NCBI GenBank assembly: GCA_002269645.1
Contig: NIVC01003886.1
Location: 1 to 64,000, forward strand
Reading direction: 5' to 3'
Length of the DNA: 64,000 bases
Origin: Macrostomum lignano
Lineage: Eukaryota
Each line of letters starts with the position of its first letter. Position 1 is the stretch's first letter. Made by a program: the position numbers and the translations under genes. Shown here piece by piece: positions 1-61,166 of this stretch. The notes below the pieces were generated by a model. It did no database searches and was not told the DNA's origin. It worked only from the letters and a program-made list of their open reading frames with translations.

Positions 1-178
1 AAAGAGCCGGTGCTAAAACCTTACATTTCTGACACAAAAAGGATGATAAATGCCTTCGTTGATCATCCTGCATCTTCCCCCAAAAAGGGATAAATGGGAT
101 CCCATGTGAAATTAAGGCTCTTTCTCTCTTTAATGCGCAAATAAAAATTCAAACAGTCGACCCAAAAACCTCTTCCAG

Positions 179-427
179 GCCGAGGAAATCGAAGGCGTTC
201 GAGTGTTCAAATTCGATGGCTCGCTGTACTTTGCCAGCGCAGAGAACTTCCGAACCCGTCTGTTCCGTCAGGTGGCGATGAACCCGAAGAAGATTCTGGC
301 CAAAGCCAAAGCGCACGCCAAGAAGACGGGAGCACCTGCCAGCAACTTGGACATCCGCACGGAAGTTATGGACAAAGAAGAGATCAAGAAGCAGCTTGAG
401 ATTGTCAAAGCCGAAGGAAGTCATCCG
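179..427 (+). CDS. SLC26/SulP anion transporter, exon encoding the start of the STAS domain (gene begins upstream of the window)
   Basis: ttccag|GC acceptor; AEEIEGVRVFKFDGSLYFASAENFRTRL matches the SLC26 STAS motif (FRFxxxLYFAN); donor CCG|gtgagc at 428. Confidence 0.85.
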
Positions 428-597
428 GTGAGCATAAATAAATTGAATGGGCATAATAATCTAATAAATAAATTCACCATTTTGTAAGCCAAACCCAACG
501 CAGAGTGTCTATTGGTGTATACTCTATGTAAACGTGTGCCTGCTATCTGTAGTAATATCTGTAGACAACGTATGACTCACCGAAGTAAAATTTGCAG

Positions 598-970
598 GAC
601 GACAGAGCCCGACAGCTAGCACAAGCATCCATGGACGAACTTAATCGAAGCAACAACAGCCAGACTGATCTGGATGACTACGACGACAAAGACGATGTCA
701 ATGGGCCTGTGGTGAACGTGTTCTGCATCATCTTAGACCTGTCGCTTGCGCGTTCACCGACGCAGTTGGTATTCGGCTACTGAGTCAGATTGTTGAAGAC
801 TTCAATAAAATCGGCGTAGAGATTTATCTGGCCACTGCACATCCTTGGTCAGATCGCAGCTACGCAAAGCGAACTTCTTTGCTAAGCGAAGCGAAGAGAA
901 TGGCGTGTTTGTCACTGTTCACGACGCTGTCCTTCACGCGCTGTCCACACTTTACCAGGAGCTGATTGAG
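598..970 (+). CDS. SLC26 STAS-domain exon with two apparent -1 frameshifts (~744, ~832)
   Basis: tttgcag|GAC acceptor, GAG|gtaagc donor. Restoring one G and one C in short homopolymers gives IILDLSACAFTDAVGIRLLSQIVEDFNKIGVEIYLAHCTSLVRSQLRKANFF...VFVTVHDAVLHA, a canonical STAS C-terminal half. Confidence 0.8.
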
Positions 971-1437
971 GTAAGCATTAGAGAGAATTGGAATCGAGGT
1001 AAAAGTTAGAGCAACAGTTTTAAACGTTAACCATTTGTCTGGTGTAAAGGTGGAATTTCCACTTGTAGAAATCCATAATTTTGTTTATTCTATTTAAGTC
1101 AAAACGAATACGATCCATTTTGTGACCTGCAACGTCTCGGAAATGCAAATAAAATTTACGATTTTTAAGGAATACGAGGCAACCTATGCTACATATACCA
1201 GTACATCAATACGTAGGCCAATAGTCCCATTGTGCGTGTAAATATGCCGACATATTGATACAAAGGAACTTTTTGGAAAACTATATAACGAGAAACTGTC
1301 ACATTTGTAACATTTTATCAGGACGAAAACGAGTCAGAATCGGACTTCAGAGCCAGAGACCACATGGAGACTGTGCCTGCGCCCCAGTAAGTTTTTTTAG
1401 CGAAAATTTAACACTTCCATATTTTGTATCCTGTAAG

Positions 1438-1924
1438 GCAGTCAGCATGCTAGCTGACAGCTGACTCGATGCCATTGAGGAGGCACAAGTAGCTCATAAT
1501 TGCGAGTGTACCCCTAAGCACGCGCACACAGGCTCCGAATTACACAGTTGATCTGCCCCCTCCATTGCAGTCTGTCGCATCACCACGCCAACAAGAAGCT
1601 CTCTACCGTGTCCATCGGCAGCGATGAAGCGGCCAGAGAGCTGCGCCGACAATCTCGCAAGGTTAGCAGGCAGCAGGCGATGTCGGCTCATTCAGACGAC
1701 TTAAGCGGTGGTGCGGCTTTGTCTCAGCGTCCGGCTCGAGCAGGAGGATCAGCCAGCGAGCTGAGCACACCGGCCGGATTAACGAGGAGCGCGAGCAACA
1801 GCAACAGCAGACGTCGACGAAAAATCGCTACCAGCCCGACGAGGCGAAACCTTTGCCCGTGTTCGATGAGGCACGGGATGCTGGACAAGCTTCTACATCG
1901 TCGCGCGGTGTTGCAGACGTTCTG
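1438..1924 (+). CDS. Probable SLC26 C-terminal tail exon; 5' boundary and frame uncertain
   Basis: GC-rich and protein-like (KKLSTVSIGSDEAARELRRQSRKVS; after a -1 shift at ~1777, INEEREQQQQQTSTKNRYQPDEAKPLPVFDE). Donor CTG|gtttgt is phase 0. TGA codons interrupt the frame entered from the 1438 acceptor. Confidence 0.4.
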
Positions 1925-2328
1925 GTTTGTATTTTAATTAGCTTATTGTAGCGCGAAATTAATACTTAATAAAAATGACTATTATCGTCTTGATGAAGCA
2001 CAATTACCTAACAGCTGTTTCACCTTCAAGTTCGACAACAGGTTCATAAAAATATAATTTCTTAGACACTCGTAGCAGCGAGTACGATAGCAATGGAAAA
2101 AATCGTAAATTTTAAATTCTCAATCTTCAGAGTCCTATAGCAATCGTTGTCGATACTCTAGAACATGGTATTCAGTTATTCAGAGTCCCGCAGAAACTTA
2201 ATCGTCACTACCCTACAGACCCCATATTTCGTGCCTTATCGCACCTATACTCGCCTTACAATTCCCAACTTCTTTCTTTCTTTTGCAGTACATATTAAAA
2301 ATGATAATCGAAAAATTCGAATCTTCAG

Positions 2329-2466
2329 GTGCACGAAGACGAAGAATCTCGGCGCGAACGGGAGGAAATGGACTTGAACTTTGCCGAGATGCTGAAAAGC
2401 CTGCCAGACACGGACGATGACGACGCTGGGGAGGACAACGCCGGCTTCCAGGACTCCGCGCTTTGA
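2329..2466 (+). CDS. Probable last SLC26 exon (acidic tail)
   Basis: aatcttcag|GTG acceptor, phase 0; VHEDEESRREREEMDLNFAEMLKSLPDTDDDDAGEDNAGFQDSAL*; ATTAAA at ~2536. Confidence 0.6.
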   Translation: MHEDEESRREREEMDLNFAEMLKSLPDTDDDDAGEDNAGFQDSAL

Positions 2467-2649
2467 AACGGATTTTGTTTTAAACTTTTTATTGCACTTT
2501 TCGTTCGTTTTGCTAATTTAACAACACCATTATAGGATTAAAAGTTATACCCTTCCTCGGCACCCCTCCGTGTACATTAGATTAATTTAAAGTATGATCA
2601 ACAAATACGAGCATCTTCTACCAGTTCGGATCTAAACTATTTTAGAATA

Positions 2650-3384
2650 TAGCCTTTTGCAGCCCATTTGAGCCTACGCGCATTGAGTTTAATCCAAGAT
2701 ACGTTTGCCAATGTAATTGAGCTTTTAACTATGGTACCAAGGCTGGCACAGCGGCATTCAATTGAGTCCAGCAAGCATCGATTTGGTCCAAACACTCGTG
2801 AGCCATTCGGCAAACTCTTGCCTCTTCGCAACCGTCTGTGGGTTTTTGCGCACCGCTGGAATGTCAGCGTCTCTACCAACAATTTTCAGTCGATTTTCCA
2901 GAGCTCTGCTAATAGCCGAAATCTGATAACCAACTGGAATTGTTCCTTCAACTTCCGCTGCATTTCGGCAACGTCAAAAAAGGTTCGTCTCAACTGCATC
3001 GAGTAGTTGGATTTAAGACTCAAGCAACTTGCCTTGGCGATTGCCACCCTTTCGCAGGCGATCTCTGCCGGCAGTTTCAACGCGCTGATGGATGCTGTAA
3101 ACCATATTTTCCTTTACATTCAGCAACCTTGCAATGTCGTTTGGGTGTTCACCTCTGTCGAGCGTTTCGATCACACGCCAATGGCATTGGTTCGACAGCC
3201 CAGCATATGGTCCACAATTCTGAGGCTGATCTTGCTCCTCCGCAGCAGTTGCAAATGAAGCTATGGACCAAATGAAAAGCCGCTGTGCCAGCCTTGCTAC
3301 CATAGACAGGAGCTCCATTGCATTGGCAAACGTATCTTGGATTAATTTAAATGCACGTAAGCCCATAAGGGCTGCAAAAAGCTG
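2650..3384 (-). mobile_element. Defective Tc1/IS630-superfamily DNA transposon (internal deletion derivative)
   Basis: 106-nt ungapped TIRs (89/106 identical), TA on both flanks, and a CAG-type end. The - strand carries a decayed transposase N-terminus: HTH WRVIETLDRGEHPNDIARLLNVKENMVYSIHQRVETAG...GGNRQGKL, then SAISRALENRLKI...VRKNPQTVAKRQEFAEWL, ending before the DDE domain. Confidence 0.85.
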
Positions 3385-5356
3385 TATTAATAAAAAACGG
3401 TAATTTACTTCAAAGAGGTGGGACTTTAGCTATACTTACGAGGGTTCTAGTGAAAAGGAAAAAACAATTTTCTTGATTTGTTGATAACATTTCGCTGCGC
3501 GAAGTTATATTTCGTCAATTTACGCATTACCATAATGTTTTAAAAACTTGACATAACATTTTAAAGAAAAACTTTGAGCTATATTTTATGTCGCTTGTCA
3601 TCTCCTTGGCATCATTATTAACCCAAAGTTGTAGCCATCAATAATTTCGATTGACACGAGTGTAATATTTTTTTCAAAATAAATTGTCACTGGTTGGAAG
3701 CTGTTCTTACTTCCAATCGAAAACGCTACGAACTTGATTGAAGTATTGATATCAGAACAGTTGTGTCGCCAATTTATTAAGATAAAGCGCTTTATTTCTT
3801 GAAGTGCGTTGTAGATATGAACAATAGACAGCGGCGCCCACCTAGACAGTAAATAATTGACACCCTTTAAAACTGCGGCCGTCTCCGATTAAAATTCCTG
3901 CATAAAATACTGCTTTGCGACCCCAAAAAGGGATCGGAGGTCTTTAAAGTATTTAAACTGTTAAACGTGAATTAACTTGAAATTCTAGTTTCATAATCCC
4001 ATCATACTGTTCGGTTGTCGTACAAGTGCAAATTAATGCTTTTTAATGCCATTCATAGATGACAAATTAACAGTATATATTTATACGCGAATATGTGCGC
4101 ATACAATCAGTGGTCCGACGACGTGTTTCGTAAAAATATAAAAAATGTATTTTCGAGCGTACTGGTGAACTTACGTTTGGTCAGTAGTTAATTTGAGTCT
4201 AACCTGGCGCACGTTATGCCTCAGCTGGGGACGCGTAAGCGATAGGATTCGGTTAGAAATATCTGTCAGATTTATGAAAAGCGCGTTAAAGAAACTTCCA
4301 TGCATTGCTAAAACTTTGCATGGGCAGGCAAAAGGTAAAAGAATAACTTACAAACAGTAGCTATTAACAGGACAAACTTTAAATAATGAACGAGTTGAAG
4401 CGAGTCTAAGTTATTCTTGTTAGGTTAAGGTTAGTGCAAGAAGTTGAGCTACTACTGAAGTGAAATTTTGCCTGACTTGGCTCTAACTCATAGAAAAAAA
4501 TAAGGAACACACTCGTATTTTGCTCAAAAATCGAATTAAACAAGTTAAAAATGTACGCAAAGACAAGAGCACTATTGAGACACACAATTAAATAAATAAA
4601 CTGATAGACCGATCTCTGAAACTGAGCATCTTGTCAAATAAAATGAAATTCAGAATCTAAAATCTCTACTACTTAATAATAAATTTGTTTGAAACATTCA
4701 AATTACGCAATAAAAGCCATGCAAAAGCGTTGCAACGTAGTGAGGCGCTGGTTTTGAAGCTAATAAATAAATCATCCATCAATAAATAGTTTGAGAATAT
4801 CATATACGGAGGCATTGTTGTGACTAGGATCACGGCAGATACGTGCTCGATTGCGCTCGTTTCAGGTGCAAAATGGTAAAAAATTGTAACGCAGAAAAAA
4901 GACATCTTTTTAGTTATAATTGGAGACTGGCCAGGAGGGGCAAACTAAAACAAAAAATGCATCACAGTTTGCTTTTACCCAAAGGCGCGCAAATTGAATT
5001 TATGTTACCCTTCAAACTAAGCAAGGTTAAGTATACATGTACTCGTATTAAAGAAATTTATGGTTAAAAATCGAAATTTTACAGCATGTCGCGGGTCAAA
5101 TTGAAATAGGTCACATTATTTATATGAACATTTTGAGTCGAAATTCAAGTTTAAATTTTGCTACATACTGTTTAGTTGAAACTTTCATGCCATTTTTTTC
5201 TCTTAGCATTGACAAATGAAACCTTCCATATTAGAAAAAACGCTACTGAGTTACGCAAATTGTAAAAAAAAACATTTGCAAGACAGACTTAGGCAACTGA
5301 CTTCATCTAAGATATAGCGAATCGATACTTTTCGAGAGAGGATAAAACTAGGATAA

Positions 5357-5362
5357 TTTATT
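5357..5362 (-). promoter_or_regulatory. Candidate unc80 polyadenylation signal (AATAAA)
   Basis: AATAAA on the - strand about 145 nt after the unc80 stop; AT-rich context makes a chance match possible. Confidence 0.35.
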
Positions 5363-5504
5363 ATCTAAACTGAAACTAACTCCCTCCAACCTCTTAACTG
5401 TAACCTTATATTTGTCATCACTGTTAGTGCCCAATTTTTATCGCGAATAGCCAACCTTTTACATCTGACCTACCCTTCATAGAAATCGCATCCCAATCAC
5501 AGCG

Positions 5505-54131
<48,627 letters not shown>

Positions 54132-57100
54132 CGCGTCTTTAAGCCAGATGCTTGGCTGGCTTACTAGACTAAACAATTATGGGAGATGTAAGTTGCGATT
54201 TTCTGATGCAGCGGCTGCAAGCGCGGCCTTTGCTTGGGGGGCTGCTACTTGTTGACGCTCACAGAACCAGTTCGCTTGGGCAGAAATCGATAATAAATGT
54301 TTTAGAGAACAGGGCACAATATGTATTTGATTTATTCTACTTGAGTGACGATTCTTTAAACATAATGAAACAATCACAACTTTGTTTGACTTGATATGTT
54401 AAAAAGTATACAGAGGAGGGAATATTTAATACTAAAGTCCAATACATAAAGTGTTGCAATGAAAGAAAAAGGTTTCTCTGACTTTATGCATCAATTAAAT
54501 CAAATATTTGTTGTGGATTCGATTTCATTGAGCAAAATTTACTGCAAACAATGACTATTGTAACAGTAATAGCAATCTTATTACGAGCTAAGTCATTCTA
54601 GAACTTTGAATTATCATGTCTGGAATTTATAGACAGAAGAGCCTATAAAATATGCTATTAAAAATTGATAAAGGATAATTAAAGAAAAACTACCTACAGC
54701 TAGTTATAATTTTTGTCAGTAACTTTCATATTTATCAGGAGTGAAAAAGTTTTAACATACAAATATTTATAGATTAAATAATTTTGAAAAAGGAAAAAGA
54801 CTATTATTAAAACTGTTCAATCTTGATTTATTAAAAAAAAGCTTTAGAGAATCAAAAATGGATCAATAGACGATTTTTTCCATTGGAGTTGAAGGAACAA
54901 GAATATATTTTTTCAAACTTTCTAACTAACTAAAATTTTATTAATCTCCTATTACTAAATCATATAAATTTTTTTATAAAATCTTAAATCCTAAAATCAT
55001 AAATATATTTTTTATTTAAAATATGTACCAATTTGTTATTTGCATTTAAAATTAGAATGCCATGCATTTCATAAAACATTATTTGGCATAATCAGTTATT
55101 TGTCATTTTCATTGTTAATTCAAGCAATCAAACTGCCACATGCAAACTTGACTACAAGTCCCTAAATTATTCTCAGCAACCAACTGCAGCAAAAAGAGGG
55201 CTTAGAAGAATGTAAAAATCAAAACATAGCAACATATTAAACTATTAACAAACTCTATTAAACATTTCCAAATATATCCTTAAATATCAAGCTGCAACTA
55301 TACTCGGCTTATAGATTAGTCTTTAACTAATACTGTATAATTAAAACAGTTTTATGTAGTATAACTGTTATATATACATAATTTGCATATAAAAATACAT
55401 ATATCAAAACTTTAGATTTATTAGTAAAAAATCTGAGTTGGGTTGAGTAAAAAAACAAAGTTTAACTAATAACTATAATACATAAAGCAAAGTTTGATCC
55501 ACAATCCTCAGAGGAAAAGTAGCTCGTAGTATTTATAAAAAATAGTGTTTTTTTATCCCCGTACTTTAGATTTTTTTAGACAAGACTTAAGATTCCAATG
55601 TGAAACCTTTAAGAAGTACAAACCCTGTAATACTTCTTGCTGCAAAAACCACAAAGGAGTTCGACTACAAAGTTTAACTACAAATTAAAAATAAATTTCC
55701 CTAAAAATATCGCCTACGCCTAATTTGGGCATACAAACTATCCTCTACATAACTATATTTTTTTCTCGACAATGCCTTTAACAAAGTTCATGTATACTGC
55801 AAACTCATTTTCCAACTGAAAATAAACACTCCACTACTTAATAATTCTCCAAAAGCTACATAAATCAAGAAAACTACACGAAAGACATTACGAACCCAAA
55901 AAACCACTTATTATAAGATGGTAACGACTCTCTGCAACCTACGTTTCCTTTCGGAGAGTTAATAAATTTCAATTGGCAATAAGTAGGACACGAAAATAAA
56001 ATGGACAACGCGCGATAATTCAGATAAAAAACAAATAAGTTAAACCTTTTGCGTTTAAGAGGCATAGTGAAACAAAATTTATTGTTTTCAGTATACTAAG
56101 CTACGCACGAAGTCTATTAAATCTCACTTAATCTAACCAATTAAGTAAGAAAAAACTATAAAGATGCTTTCCGAACCTATTTCCTGAATCGTTTAAATCA
56201 AAGAATCAAGAATCCGTAATTTTTACACTGGCCGGCCAACCTGCCGTCGTCGCTGGCTGGCACCGCATGCAAGCGTGAGATTTTATCTTTGAGGATTTTT
56301 GAGGCTGTCAACTTAATTATTTGTTTGTGAAAATATTTTTGTTCTAGTGGCAACAATAGTTAATTTATGAAATTTTCTAATTATGGGTAGTTAATTTATA
56401 CTTCTAATAATAATAATATACCTTCATAATCAACAATGACATTGGTTTCAGTGGTACTGTGGTAGGCCTAGTCTATCTAATTGTATTTGAATTGGAGTCG
56501 CATTTTCAATTGTTGCTAAACTTTCAATTTTCATTTATGGTCATACTCTCAAGAATGCTTTTTTGAGGGATTCTTGCATGTAAAATTTTCCAGGCAGTCA
56601 TTGGTGTGTGTACATAGGCCCTACCACTAATTTACAAAATTTACAAAATGGAGGTTGGGAAGCTGCAACATGTTTAGGTCCTACACCTCTAGGTCCTATA
56701 TGTACAGTGTACTGCAGCCAAGAGCTAGAATGCAAAACTGTCAACGCATAGGCCTATGCATTTAACACTAGGGATTTTCTTGCTTTGCATACTAGGCCTA
56801 GGCCCCCCTACAATAATTCCAATAATAATAAAAATTTACTATTCATTTAAATATATGAAATTGGTTGATAGATAATCAATTATGTCTATTGTGTTTTTTC
56901 TAGTTTCTAGTTCCTTGACCTTTGTCTACTGGCAGTTCATTTGCTAAATAGACAAAAAGCCTATTAATTTTTTTTATTTATAATTTGTTTGTTTTTTGTT
57001 TACTAGGAAATAAAAATAAGAGAGTAAGGCAGTGGGGTAGGATAAGGAGTAGGCTGGGAAGCCACTTAATAGTATCTTTGTTAATTTTGAAATGCTATAG

Positions 57101-57546
57101 CTAGTATAGATTTATCATAATTAATAAACTATTTTACAATATATATAATATCTATTATACAAATAATAATATTTATAATCTTGATTTAAAACTAGTAGAA
57201 ATGAAACTTAAAAATTTTCTAAAGATAAAATATATTAGGCTTAATAAATTCTTTTTTATTCAATAATTCTAAGATGGAATTAGAATTTGTCATTTTAAAT
57301 CTAAAGTTATATATATCATGTCTCTCCCTTTCTAAAACATTTATTCCTAATGATAATAACAAGTCTATAAAATGGTATAGATTGTTATAACTAAAGAGAC
57401 CAACCCCCCTTTGTATTATTTAACATTATCAAAAAAATATTTTTAGGTAGCTCCTATCTTATTCCATATTTCTACCTTCATTTCCTAGCAGACTAGGAAA
57501 TGAGCAGACTTCCTAGCAGACTGCTCAATATAATAGACAATTTGTT

Positions 57547-57665
57547 GGTAGATAAAATGACTAGCACCCTTGTCTGTAGCATCTGTTAGGCCTGATTTTT
57601 TATCTACTAAAGTAGGCCTAATTGTCATAAAATCATTTTTTACCAATTTGGTCATTTTGTCTACC
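57547..57665. repeat. Small inverted repeat / MITE-like fragment
   Basis: ggtagataaaatgac versus the reverse complement of gtcattttgtctacc (14/15); related motifs nearby. Confidence 0.4.
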
Positions 57666-58323
57666 ATAAAGAATTTTGCCTTATATTATAAAGTTACATT
57701 TAGTAATTAAAAGTCATAGCATTCAATGGAGAGCCAATAGAGCTATCCAAATGAGGAAAGCCAATGTACATATACTAGAGTGCTATGATGTCATGCATAT
57801 TGACAAATATATATTTTTTCATTTGCATGCTATCCATGCAAAGTTTTTTAGAATGCAACTACATTTTCTAGAGTATAGTTACTATATAGTCATTGTTTCT
57901 TCTTTTGCTATTCTTTCCATAGACAAAAAACTCTCCATGAAAATTAGCAGATAAAAAAATGGTTAACAAATTACAAAATCATTGTTAAATAGCCTAATAT
58001 AGTATTTTGACTATGTATTTAATATACTTGTATACAGGTTTGTATTTTTTAATATAATTTTGAAAATATATAGATGTGTCTGTCAAACTTCCAACAAAAT
58101 ATATCAAGCTGTCACTTTCTAAGATATGAATTCCTATTTATGTCAAGGTGAAAGAATAACAAAGAGGTCTAATAGATTATTTTGGACAGAAGGTCCAATA
58201 GATATAATTTATATATTATACAGATACCAAAAATGCCATTTTTTCTTTCTCATTTCAGCTAGCCTTAGTCTGACATCAAATCAATAGATCAAAAATTCTA
58301 TTTAGATTTCAATTATTGTCTTG

Positions 58324-58722
58324 ATGGCAAGTTTTTCCATACCACCAAGGCGTCAATTGAGACAAGTATTACATTGGCTAGCTTATGCTATAGGAATAAG
58401 CAGTCTCAGTCTTCTATTGTTATGGCTCTATGCTGGTCGCAATCCAGTGCATTATTTGTACAATATAAACTTAGATAGTATAGCTCAACTACACGTGCTG
58501 CCATTGACTGTGGCTGGTACAGCCCTCTGCTTAGATGGCACTGCGCCAGCTGTCTATGTGTCCCACACTGGGCCCAATTGGATTGTCTATCTTGGCCAGG
58601 ATTCTCTCTATTGGTGCCTCGATGAAGAGGATTGCTTAGCGCGTAGTCACACGCCGCAGGGTAGTAGCAAGTGGCTACCAGATAAGCTTGAGCTGCATGG
58701 GATATTGTCGAATTCGGCTGAG
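58324..58722 (+). CDS. Notum/pectin acetylesterase-family protein, exon 1
   Basis: Basic residues then a hydrophobic stretch (RRQLRQVLHWLAYAIGISSLSLLLLWLYAG); ALCLDGTAPAVY...WIVYL...WCLDEEDCLAR...GSSKWLP...GILSNSAE matches the family motif CxDGSPxxY...WxxxxEGGxxC...GILS; GAG|gtaatt donor. Confidence 0.9.
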
Positions 58723-59316
58723 GTAATTTGATTAATTTGCACTGCTTACAGCTTAACAGCCAGGAAAGCCTATATCCCGCCCTTGGATCCTTTTTAGAAC
58801 TTCAGAGTAGCAATCCAGTCTGCTCAAGGTTTGTCTCTTCTCTGCTTCCTAGTTGAATCTCCTCTCGCTTCTGCTCACTTCTGCTCTTCTTTCCTCTCTT
58901 CTCTCCTCTTTTCTTCTCGCTTCTACTTTATTCCCTCGCCTCTCATTTTTCTCACATCTCTCTTCCCTCCCTTGGCCCGCAGTCATGTGAGACTCGTAAA
59001 AAAAGCTCACCGACCCCTGGTCTAATTAATCCTATTTCTCATATATAGGCAGACAGGCAGGTACTGGGTTTTTTAAGTGTCCAAATTTATTATGCCAAAT
59101 TGAAAACCAGTATTGCCAGCCGGCATCAGTCAATAAGATCAAAATCAAATTAAACACCAGCATCTTCGCCCTATCATCTACACTGCTGAGCCTCTCTGAC
59201 CTACAGAAGTTGCACAAAAGTCTGCAGACTCACTGTTTTTACAAATTACTTAAATTTGACAATGGGTAGAATTTATTAAAGCAAGATTTGTCACGACACA
59301 TGCTGTGACACAAGCC

Positions 59317-59754
<438 letters not shown>

Positions 59755-59860
59755 TTGATTAATTGATAGCTACTTGTTGCAGCTTCAGCTTATATTTGTG
59801 CAAGAAATTGTCATCTCAAATCAATTAGTTATTGCTTTCCTTCCCTTTTTCCCTTATTAG

Positions 59861-60198
59861 GTGAATCCAGATTTTCACACCTGGTCCAAAGCTGTAATTC
59901 ACGCCTGCGACGGTAGCGGCTTTCTAGGCTATAGAGCCGCGCCTTTCCACGTCAACAATCAGGCATTGTACAGTCGAGGCTATCACGTGATCTGGCGCGT
60001 TCTTGACTGGCTGAGAAGGCGCTATGGCGACAGTATGCAGCCGCACGAGTCTCAGTTTCTATTTGTTGGCCAGGGCTCTAGCGGTATCGCTTTGATGTTG
60101 GCGGCTAGGGATATAATTGACCAGTTTCCTTATAATCGGGTCAAGTTTGCTGTTGAGGGATCTGTGCTCATCGACAAGGAGGCCGTTTTGATTGACAG
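59861..60198 (+). CDS. Notum/PAE-like, exon 2
   Basis: cccttattag|GTG; NPDFHTWSKAVIHACDGSGFLG (family NPDFxxWNxVxxxYCDGxxFxG); LYSRG; FLFVGQGSSG; AG|gtgctt donor, phase 2. Confidence 0.9.
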
Positions 60199-60610
60199 GT
60201 GCTTTATTTGTATTTTTGTTGCAATAGATTTGTTGTCTTAGTGGACCGCTGTGGTTCTTCAATTCACTCTATTTTACCTATAATCTTCTTCAGGTGCTTC
60301 AATGATCTTTTATCGCTTCTTCTTAGCGGCCCAGGCTCGATTTCCAGTGCAGTCATTATAGTTTGGGGTTAAATTGGAATCTCGGCTTGGCTCTGCTCGT
60401 GCAATTAATGCCCTTGAGGGCCAATTCCCAAGGCACAGTGAAGTGTACATGTCTAAGCGATAAATAAAGTATGAATGCGTACGTATCCGCGCGCTTGTGT
60501 GCCTGCTCGTGGGAGTCTACGGAATGGGCAGCCATGCCTCTCGCCGGTTTTGTTGCAATGTCGCTTAAAGTACGGCTGTGTGCACACAACCCCGTCTTTC
60601 CTTAAGGATC

Positions 60611-61086
60611 TTCAGTGATCTATCAATCCTCTTTTCTTTGTGTCATTCAGTGACTTATCACCGACTTCCTTCAGGTCCTTCAGTGTCTTATCACCGACTT
60701 CCTTCAGGTCATTCAGTGACTTATCACCGACTTCCTGCAGGTCCTTCAGTGATCTATCACCGACTTTCCTTCAGGTCCTTCAGTGATCTATCACTGATTT
60801 TCATTCAGGTCCTTCAGTGATCTATCACCGATTTTTATTTAGTTCCTTCAGTGATCTATCACCGATTTTCATTTAGGTGCTTCAGTGATCTATCACCGAT
60901 TTTTATTTAGTTCCTTCAGTGATCTATCACCGATTTTCATTTAGGTGCTTCAGTGATCTATCACCGATTTACATTCAGGTCCTTGAGTATTTTTAACCAA
61001 CTCATTCAGGTCCTTCAGTGATCTATCACCGAATTTCATTCAGGTCCTTCAGTGATCTTTCACCGATTTTCATTCAGGTCCTTCAG
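60611..61086. repeat. 33-34-bp minisatellite (ttcagtgatctatcaccgattttcattcaggtcc), about 14 units
   Basis: Tandem units in intron 2 of the Notum-like gene. Confidence 0.92.
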
Positions 61087-61166
61087 TTATCGACTGTCTT
61101 ATTGCTTTCAGCCACTGCTAACCCTGTAAATACAGATTGTAACTGTCTGTCCGCACCAATTCACAG

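Noticed and set aside
3437-3470. Mariner-like end TA|CGAGGG
   Set aside because: No matching CCCTCG|TA partner or transposase found nearby.
54132-54176. ORF-track start (TTG at 54176) for unc80
   Set aside because: Non-ATG start; homology begins at the ATG at 54131.
60294-60375. Extra Notum-like exon after cttcttcag
   Set aside because: Hits a stop in the required phase, resembles a decayed unit of the 34-bp array, and the protein aligns without it.
61018-61166. 5' part of ORF 61018-61686 as coding
   Set aside because: Starts inside the minisatellite; its acceptors are phase 0 or 1, incompatible with the phase-2 donor at 60198.
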